A DNA stretch of 64,000 bases, from positions 66,485-130,484 of the forward strand of contig JACAFG010000001.1 of NCBI GenBank assembly GCA_019352195.1. The letters run 5' to 3'. Made by a program: the position numbers and the translations under genes. This stretch comes from Candidatus Saccharimonadota bacterium (GTDB taxonomy: Bacteria > Patescibacteriota > Saccharimonadia > UBA4664). Below the pieces are notes generated by a model. That model was not told where the DNA came from and did not search any database. It saw nothing but the letters and a program-made list of their open reading frames with translations. This document shows positions 58,092 through 64,000 of this stretch, piece after piece. Every line of letters begins with the position of its first letter. Position 1 is the stretch's first letter.

Positions 58092-59282
58092 GTGGCTACA
58101 ACCATTGAGCGTATTACTGTCCAGCCTCGCAATACGCTTGCCATCGCCATTCTCCTCATTATTGCTGGCTTCGGTTTTAGCTCAAATAATTTCCAGACAA
58201 CGCCATCTGCTAGCGCTTCATCGCAGCGGATCGTATCGCTGTATGTGGATGATCAAAAGCGAGTGATTACCACCGACGACACCACAGTTAGCACATTATT
58301 GCGCGATAGCGGTGTCAAACTAGCTGCCGGAGATGTGGTAGAGCCAAGTGTTAACGCCGCCATTCCCAACGGTTTCTTCAACATCAACGTTTACCGTGCG
58401 CGACCGATTGTCGTCCACGACGGCGATAAAACGTATCAGTTCTCAAGCGCTTATCAAAGTCCTCATCTCTTGGCCGCGCAAGCTGGGCTTACCCTTTACC
58501 CCGAAGACACGTACACCACCGCGGTGGTAACCGACTTTGTGGCCCCCGCTGAAATTGGCGTCGGCGTTACGGTAAACCGCGCTACGCCCATCACCGTTCA
58601 TATTGACGGTGCCAATGAAACGATTCGTACTCAGGCGAAAACGGTCGGTACTGCGCTCGCGGGCGCCGGAGTGAAATTAGGCCTAAAAGATACCATTTCG
58701 GTACCCGATACCACGGCAGTTATGCCAGGCCTCAATATTGAAGTAACGCGTGTTACCGACGTTACAGCTACTCTCACTGACGTCGTACCTTTTAGCACTA
58801 CTACCCTTAACGATCCCACCACATTGGTCGGCTCTTCCAAAGTCCAGACGCCAGGTGTTAATGGCTCACGAACCGGCGTTTGGCTGATTCACTATCAAAA
58901 TGGCGCTGAAACCGGCCGCGTTTTGCAAAGCCTCACTGCCCAAACCGCACCAGTCACCCAGGTTATGGTTATTGGCACCAAGGTTTTATTTGCCGGCTCG
59001 GTGGAGTACTGGCGTCCGCAGGTGGTGGCCGCCGCTACGGCTTACGGTTTAGACCCCAATAAGATGTTGCGAATTATGGCGTGCGAATCGGGTGGTAACG
59101 CTACCAGCGTCAGTCGCCTCATTAATGACGGCCAGCACCCCGAAGGTTTGTTCCAATTCTTGCCCACCACTTGGATCTCGATCGGCGGCACCATGAACAA
59201 CATCTTGGACGGCCCCACGCAAATTCAGTTGGCTGCCAAAAAAATGAGACGCGATGGCTTCTCGGCCTGGGCCTGTCAATAG
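58092..59282 (+). CDS. RpfB-like cell-wall protein: signal-anchor, DUF348 repeats, G5 domain, C-terminal Rpf/lytic-transglycosylase-like domain
   Basis: DUF348-like VSLYVDDQKRVITTDDTTVSTLLRDSGVKLAAGDVVEP. G5-like segment ending VMVIGTK. C-terminus MACESGGNATSV…GLFQFLPTTW…AWACQ resembles the Rpf transglycosylase motif ECESGGNW…GLFQF. Confidence 0.6.
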   Translation: MATTIERITVQPRNTLAIAILLIIAGFGFSSNNFQTTPSASASSQRIVSLYVDDQKRVITTDDTTVSTLLRDSGVKLAAGDVVEPSVNAAIPNGFFNINVYRARPIVVHDGDKTYQFSSAYQSPHLLAAQAGLTLYPEDTYTTAVVTDFVAPAEIGVGVTVNRATPITVHIDGANETIRTQAKTVGTALAGAGVKLGLKDTISVPDTTAVMPGLNIEVTRVTDVTATLTDVVPFSTTTLNDPTTLVGSSKVQTPGVNGSRTGVWLIHYQNGAETGRVLQSLTAQTAPVTQVMVIGTKVLFAGSVEYWRPQVVAAATAYGLDPNKMLRIMACESGGNATSVSRLINDGQHPEGLFQFLPTTWISIGGTMNNILDGPTQIQLAAKKMRRDGFSAWACQ

Positions 59283-59352
59283 TCAACGCGGCTTGATTCC
59301 GACCCTAATCGGGGCCGGAGCCAAATACCTCAAATGGCGCTACAATTAGCTA

Positions 59353-60525
59353 ATGGATACGCTTGATTTCATCATGCTAGCCATCATTATTGGCTACGCG
59401 ATTCGCGGGTTCTCTGCCGGGTTTTTCAGGCAGGCCGGCGCTCTCTGCGGCTTTATTATCGGGCTAAGTCTGGGCTCACTGCTGGCTCCGCTGACGGTGC
59501 GTCTCGCGTCGAGCACAGGCGGAAAAGCCCTTATTACGCTCGTTACGATCTTGGGTCTCGTCGCCATTATTGGCACCTTTGGCGAGTATCTCGGCAATTA
59601 TTTAGCCGGTCTCACCAAAAAGTTTCATATTTTAGTAGTCGACGAAGTGGCCGGAGCTATCCTGAGCGCGGTAGCGGTGCTGATAACAGCGTGGGTACTC
59701 GCCAGTATTTTTGCTCGGCTTCCATTTCCGACGGTGACGAGCCAAATTCAGCGGTCTGCCATTTTGACCTCTCTCGATCGTAATTTGCCGCCTGTCCCGT
59801 CTGCCATCGCTAGAATCGAAGGGCTGGTGGCACCCAATGGCTTCCCCCGCGTTTTCGCTGGTATTGAACCAGAGGCAGGCCCGCCTGTCGCCGCACCAAG
59901 CGACGCCGCCGCCGCCGTCGCTGCGGCCGCCGGCTCTTCATCGACCGTAAAAATTGAAGGCGCTGGCTGCGGCGGCTTAGTTGACGGCTCGGGCTTCATC
60001 GTGGCTCCGGGGCTTGTTGTTACCAACGCCCATGTGGTCGCCGGCATTGCGCGTCCTAACGTTATCGATAGCGCCGGAGAGCACGCGGCTACCGTCCTAG
60101 TATTTGATCCCAATCTGGATATCGCTGTCCTGCGTACAACTGGATTAGCTGGCTCGCCGCTCGCGCTGGCCAGTACCGAATATCCTCGCGGTACGGTTGG
60201 CGCAGTATTGGGCTATCCGGGCGGCGGAAATTTTGACGTCCAGTCTGCCGCTATTTTGTACGAGCAAACCGCTATCGGCCGCAATATTTACGATCGGGGC
60301 CTTGTGAAGCGCCAAATCTATGCCTTACAAGCGTTGGTACGGCCCGGCAACTCCGGCGGACCACTCATCACGCCGAATGGTACGGTCATCGGTGTCGTCT
60401 TCGCGGCCTCTGTCACCGATGCTCACGTCGGCTACGCCCTTACTTCCGCCGAGATTGGTACCGATGTGGCCAAAGCATCCAGTTCAGCCGGCGTATCGTC
60501 CGGCAGTGAATGCGCGGCTGAATGA
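59353..60525 (+). CDS. MarP-like membrane serine protease (CvpA-type 4-TM domain plus chymotrypsin-like domain)
   Basis: N-terminal CvpA-like TM domain. Protease catalytic context VVTNAHVV (His), DIAVLRT (Asp), GNSGGPL (Ser). Confidence 0.7.
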   Translation: MDTLDFIMLAIIIGYAIRGFSAGFFRQAGALCGFIIGLSLGSLLAPLTVRLASSTGGKALITLVTILGLVAIIGTFGEYLGNYLAGLTKKFHILVVDEVAGAILSAVAVLITAWVLASIFARLPFPTVTSQIQRSAILTSLDRNLPPVPSAIARIEGLVAPNGFPRVFAGIEPEAGPPVAAPSDAAAAVAAAAGSSSTVKIEGAGCGGLVDGSGFIVAPGLVVTNAHVVAGIARPNVIDSAGEHAATVLVFDPNLDIAVLRTTGLAGSPLALASTEYPRGTVGAVLGYPGGGNFDVQSAAILYEQTAIGRNIYDRGLVKRQIYALQALVRPGNSGGPLITPNGTVIGVVFAASVTDAHVGYALTSAEIGTDVAKASSSAGVSSGSECAAE

Positions 60526-61091
60526 CGGAGCCAAAGCTCACCGATTTTACCCAGCCAACACCTCAATTGGTTGAGTGGACACGAGACCTAGTACCTGGGA
60601 GCGCATTAGATATTGGCACCGGTAACGGTCGCAATGCGCTCTTTCTTGCTCGGGAAGGATGGGCAGTCACGGCCAATGATACGGACCAAGCGCTCCTGAC
60701 CGAGCTAGCAAAATCGTTCAAAAGCCAAAATTTGACCGGTAATTTTATCGAAGGCAATATTTCTAATCTAGATTTGCACGAATCTTATGATCTCGTGGTG
60801 TGTTTGATGGTGTTGCATTTTCTTGATGCTCTCCAAATCATCGCGGCCGTCGATCGTCTTAAAGCCGTTACCAAACCAGGCGGATGCTGCATCATATCCG
60901 CGTTCACCGATGCCAATCCCACCGGCACTCGACCGTATCTTTTCGCGCATAACGGGCTAAGAGACGCCTTTGCCACTTGGAATATCCTGCATTACGAAGA
61001 ACACTTGGGAAGTTGGGTATTACCACCGGGAAAAACTGACCCTATACAATATATGACGGCACGAGTTTTGGCCGAGAAGCCTGCGGTCTAG
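60522..61091 (+). CDS. SAM-dependent methyltransferase (TehB-like)
   Basis: Motif I ALDIGTGNGRNALFL, acidic NDTD. 189 aa. Confidence 0.65.
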   Translation: MTEPKLTDFTQPTPQLVEWTRDLVPGSALDIGTGNGRNALFLAREGWAVTANDTDQALLTELAKSFKSQNLTGNFIEGNISNLDLHESYDLVVCLMVLHFLDALQIIAAVDRLKAVTKPGGCCIISAFTDANPTGTRPYLFAHNGLRDAFATWNILHYEEHLGSWVLPPGKTDPIQYMTARVLAEKPAV

Positions 61092-61176
61092 TCTAGTTAT
61101 CGCGGCCACTTATCGAAGTTGATCACGCTATTGGGTAAGTACGGCGGGTGGATGGCCATCTTATTGCGCCCGCGTG

Positions 61177-61693
61177 TTAGCGGGCATACACCGCCATGCC
61201 ATCCTTTTCGGCCGAAAATAGCCGCTCCTGACTTTTGCCAACTTTTAGCATCGCCTGTGCGATCTGGATGTCTCCGACAGCCCCGACCAAGTTAACAGCA
61301 AACACAACTGCCGCATAGGATGACACCACCGGCCACATAAAAGCGGCTATCACACTTCCCCCACTGATGAGTATAAGCGCCGCCATACCGACCGTCAGCA
61401 TCCGGCCTCTCGACAGCGCATATCCCGGCGCGATGGCATACAGATAGGGCAAAAAACTTGGCGGCCAGTCCAAAGCCAAAAGTTGGCCGCGCGCCAAATA
61501 ACAGATATGCCAAGCCATGCATGGCTTCGTGAGCGGGTAAGGTCAAAATGACTACTATAAGAATCAAATCAAAGTTAATTGAGGTTGAACTGCCGGGGAT
61601 GAGGCCAAAGGCTAACCCGCTGAGCGCAAATATAAACAATACTAACCACTGAGTAGGCAAAATTGTGTTTACCCATTGCAGCTTGGAGATCAA
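61177..61693 (-). pseudogene. DUF3267-like putative zincin membrane peptidase, frameshifted in an A6/T6 run near 61478-61485
   Basis: N-terminal part (ORF 61292..61693) carries HEAMHG (HExxH) between TM helices. C-terminal part continues in another frame (ORF 61177..61518). The shift is at GCCAAGTTTTTTGCC. Confidence 0.5.
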
Positions 61694-61828
61694 TGAAGCT
61701 AATTCGTTTGGTAGAATGGGTCATTATTGAAAGTTTAGCATAAGCAATTTGGAGGACTTATAATTTCTGACCTCCGGGGAAATAGCGGCCGAATAGGTCT
61801 GAAAACGCTGCTCTGCTAAAATACTCCT

Positions 61829-62656
61829 ATGGACCTTACTCGCGTCGAAGACGTACGCACGGCGCTTAAACTCGCCGGCATCAAACCCAACAAAGGCCTT
61901 GGCCAGCATTTCCTCGTTGATATGGCGAGTCTTGAAGCCATTGTAGCCGCCGCGGATCCCCAAATAGGCGACACGGTGCTGGAAATTGGCCCCGGGCTTG
62001 GGGTAATGACACGCCCGCTTACGAGCCAGGTCAGCAAAGTAGTAGCCGTAGAAACCGACGCCATTTTAGCCGACCTGCTTCGCCGCGACGCCCCAGATAA
62101 CCTGGAAGTCGTAGAGTCGGATATTCTCAAATTTGACCTATCCATGTTACCTTCTGGCTACAAAGTAATCGCTAACCTGCCGTACTACCTCACGAGCAAA
62201 ATTTTCCGTCTCCTCATCGAAAGCCCCAATCCGCCTACGATTATGAGCGTACTGATTCAAAAAGAAGTGGCCGAGCGCATCTGTGCCAAACCGGGCGCGA
62301 TGAGTATTTTGGCGCTCAGTGTCCAGTTCTACGGCCAGCCAACTATCGTGGCCACCGTCGAGCGTCACAAATTTTGGCCGGCACCCAATGTCGACTCCAC
62401 AGTGCTTAAAGTCGAGCTCACTGAGCCCGCTTTTAAGGCCGACCCCGATCGACTGTTTCGCCTCATTAAGGCAGGTTTTGGCGAAAAGCGTAAGCAGTTG
62501 AAAAACAGCCTGGCAGGCGGCCTAAATTGCAGTGTTGAGCACGCCGCGGCCATGATAAAAAAAGCTAAACTTCAGCCTACCGCTCGTGCGCAGGAGCTAG
62601 ATTTATCCAGCTGGGTACGCCTCTACAAAGCAGCCTTGGCTGCGGAGCTGTTATAA
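61829..62656 (+). CDS. rsmA: 16S rRNA (adenine1518/1519-N6)-dimethyltransferase RsmA/KsgA
   Basis: LGQHFLVD, VLEIGPGLGVMT, NLPY. Confidence 0.85.
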   Translation: MDLTRVEDVRTALKLAGIKPNKGLGQHFLVDMASLEAIVAAADPQIGDTVLEIGPGLGVMTRPLTSQVSKVVAVETDAILADLLRRDAPDNLEVVESDILKFDLSMLPSGYKVIANLPYYLTSKIFRLLIESPNPPTIMSVLIQKEVAERICAKPGAMSILALSVQFYGQPTIVATVERHKFWPAPNVDSTVLKVELTEPAFKADPDRLFRLIKAGFGEKRKQLKNSLAGGLNCSVEHAAAMIKKAKLQPTARAQELDLSSWVRLYKAALAAELL

Positions 62657-63484
62657 GTGAAGTGGTTACGTCGCTTGCTGGCGACAGTTCTCGGCGTGGC
62701 GCTGACAGTCACGGCTATTATCACTGTAACCGACGCTACCACCTGGAATTCGGCCTACCTCATGGCCACAGCCGACCGCACCAATTTGGCCCAGCATATC
62801 TCTAACGAGCTGCCGGCCGTAATTGCCAGCTATGCGCCCGCGGCCGATACCCAGGCTGCCATCACGAACGTTTTAACGCCCGCCTACATAGAGACGAAAA
62901 TAAATGACGTTATCCCTGCCTTTGTGACCGGCTTTCGCCACGGCGGATCAGTACCTAACCTTGATGTGACAGATCTAGGTCAGCAGCTAGCACTTAGCGG
63001 CGTACCAGTGCCGCCAGCCCTGGCTGCGATTACCAATTCGCCACAGCCGCTGATGTCGAGTCATCTGGCCGCGCCGCTCCAAACGGTAGGGGGAGTGTCG
63101 GGTTTACTGCAATGGCTAGCGCCGTTGGTGGCTTTGGCCGCGACGGTTATGCTACTTTTGATATCTGACCATCGGCGTTTCTTGGCTCTGGCGCAGGGAG
63201 TCTGGCTGGGATCAGCCCTCACCGCTTTGGCCGCGGCAGTTGTGCAACTACCACCAAGCCTCATAGAAGCAACGCTCAATACTTCGGTAGCGCGTCCCTT
63301 GGCGGCGGCAATTCGCGCCTACTCGCAGGCTATTGCGACCGACCAATCCCACCAACTGCTGAGATACGCGCTTATTTTGGCTGTTGTCGGAGTTATTTGC
63401 ATCGTAGCGCATGTAGTAGCTGGGCTCATTGCCCATCTAATGCATCATGCCAAAACCAAATCTGAGTCGTCGCCAGTCGACTAG
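62657..63484 (+). CDS. membrane protein (N- and C-terminal TM helices, hypothetical)
   Basis: 275 aa. Starts 1 nt after the rsmA stop. Confidence 0.5.
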   Translation: MKWLRRLLATVLGVALTVTAIITVTDATTWNSAYLMATADRTNLAQHISNELPAVIASYAPAADTQAAITNVLTPAYIETKINDVIPAFVTGFRHGGSVPNLDVTDLGQQLALSGVPVPPALAAITNSPQPLMSSHLAAPLQTVGGVSGLLQWLAPLVALAATVMLLLISDHRRFLALAQGVWLGSALTALAAAVVQLPPSLIEATLNTSVARPLAAAIRAYSQAIATDQSHQLLRYALILAVVGVICIVAHVVAGLIAHLMHHAKTKSESSPVD

Positions 63485-63535
63485 CCTCACGCGTGGTAAA
63501 CTGAGAAGATCAAATAAGTCCTTGGGAGCGCCATA

Positions 63536-64000
63536 TGGCTAACAAATTCTATGTCACCACTGCTTCAGCTTATACCAACGCGGGTCCTCACATTGGCTAC
63601 GCGATGGAACTCATTCAGGGTGATGTCATGGCGCGCTACCGGCGTCAGCAGGGTGACGACGTGCGCTATGTCACCGGTACCGACGAGCATGGTACCAAGA
63701 TAAAGCGTTCGGCCGATGCCGCTGGCAAAACACCCAAAGCCTTTACTGATGAGGTTAGTCAACTATTTCGCGATCTGGCGCCGGCTCTAAACGTATCCAC
63801 TGACCAGTTTGTGCGATCAACCGACCCGGCTCACGAAAAGACTGCGCAGGCGCTCTGGAAGGCGTGCGCCGAAGACATCTACAAGGCAAGCTACGAAGGC
63901 TGGTACTGCGTTGGCTGCGAGACCTTTTATACCGCCATTGACGTGCCAAATCACATCTGTCCAATTCACAAAACTAAGCTCGAAAAAATTGCTGAGGAAA
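63536..64000 (+). CDS. metG: methionyl-tRNA synthetase, N-terminal part (runs off window end)
   Basis: MANKFYVTTASAYTNAGPHIGYAMELI (class I HIGH-type motif). Zinc knuckle CVGCE…CPIH in the connective peptide. Open-ended, so absent from the ORF track. Confidence 0.8.

Noticed and set aside
1-64000. CRISPR arrays, IS elements, integrases, rRNA
   Set aside because: There are no regularly spaced short direct repeats, no transposase or recombinase ORFs, and no rRNA-like sequence. The only tandem repeats found are the protein-coding 41-aa repeats and the six intergenic boxes.

Overview
This 64-kb window reads as a compact, gene-dense bacterial chromosome segment of about 50% GC, using genetic code 11, since TAA, TAG and TGA all terminate clear genes. 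It is mostly housekeeping and signalling genes. I did not identify rRNA genes, CRISPR arrays, transposases or integrases.

**Housekeeping genes**
- The murB 5' end, followed by a glycolytic block pyk-pgk-tpiA, folD, pcrA, rsmA/ksgA, and the metG 5' end.
- Four tRNAs: Arg-CCG, Arg-TCG, Lys-CTT and Glu-TTC.
- A threonine-synthase-like enzyme, a DnaQ-like exonuclease, RidA, a MarR regulator with an MFS efflux pump, and an RpfB-like/MarP-like/KsgA/MetG neighbourhood.

**Signal transduction**
- Two paralogous OmpR/histidine-kinase pairs, one directly upstream of an MgtA-type P-type ATPase.
- A CHASE3-like histidine kinase, a 7TM-GAF histidine kinase, and four single-domain receiver proteins.

**Unusual features**
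1. A low-GC array of six unrelated small genes at 5.86-10.4 kb, each preceded by the same roughly 40-nt conserved box, then a short hairpin and T-run, then a TATAAT-like hexamer 5-11 nt before the start codon, implying leaderless mRNAs. One gene in the array, the EEP nuclease, carries an in-frame TGA.
2. Two separate loci pairing an Acetyltransf_5 (OlsB/FeeM-like) N-acyltransferase with SAM methyltransferases. One also has a divergent PlsC-like acyltransferase, so it is a candidate N-methylated aminolipid pathway.
3. Several short high-GC islands of about 60-65% GC carrying unknown genes. These include a terminator-flanked two-gene island at 41.4-42.6 kb and two inserts that split the pyk-pgk-tpiA operon.
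4. Several disrupted genes: an in-frame TAG in a tectonin-like seven-repeat secreted protein, and homopolymer frameshifts in a methyltransferase paralog and a DUF3267 zincin-like gene.

All functional calls rest on motifs read directly from the translations. No database searches were run.
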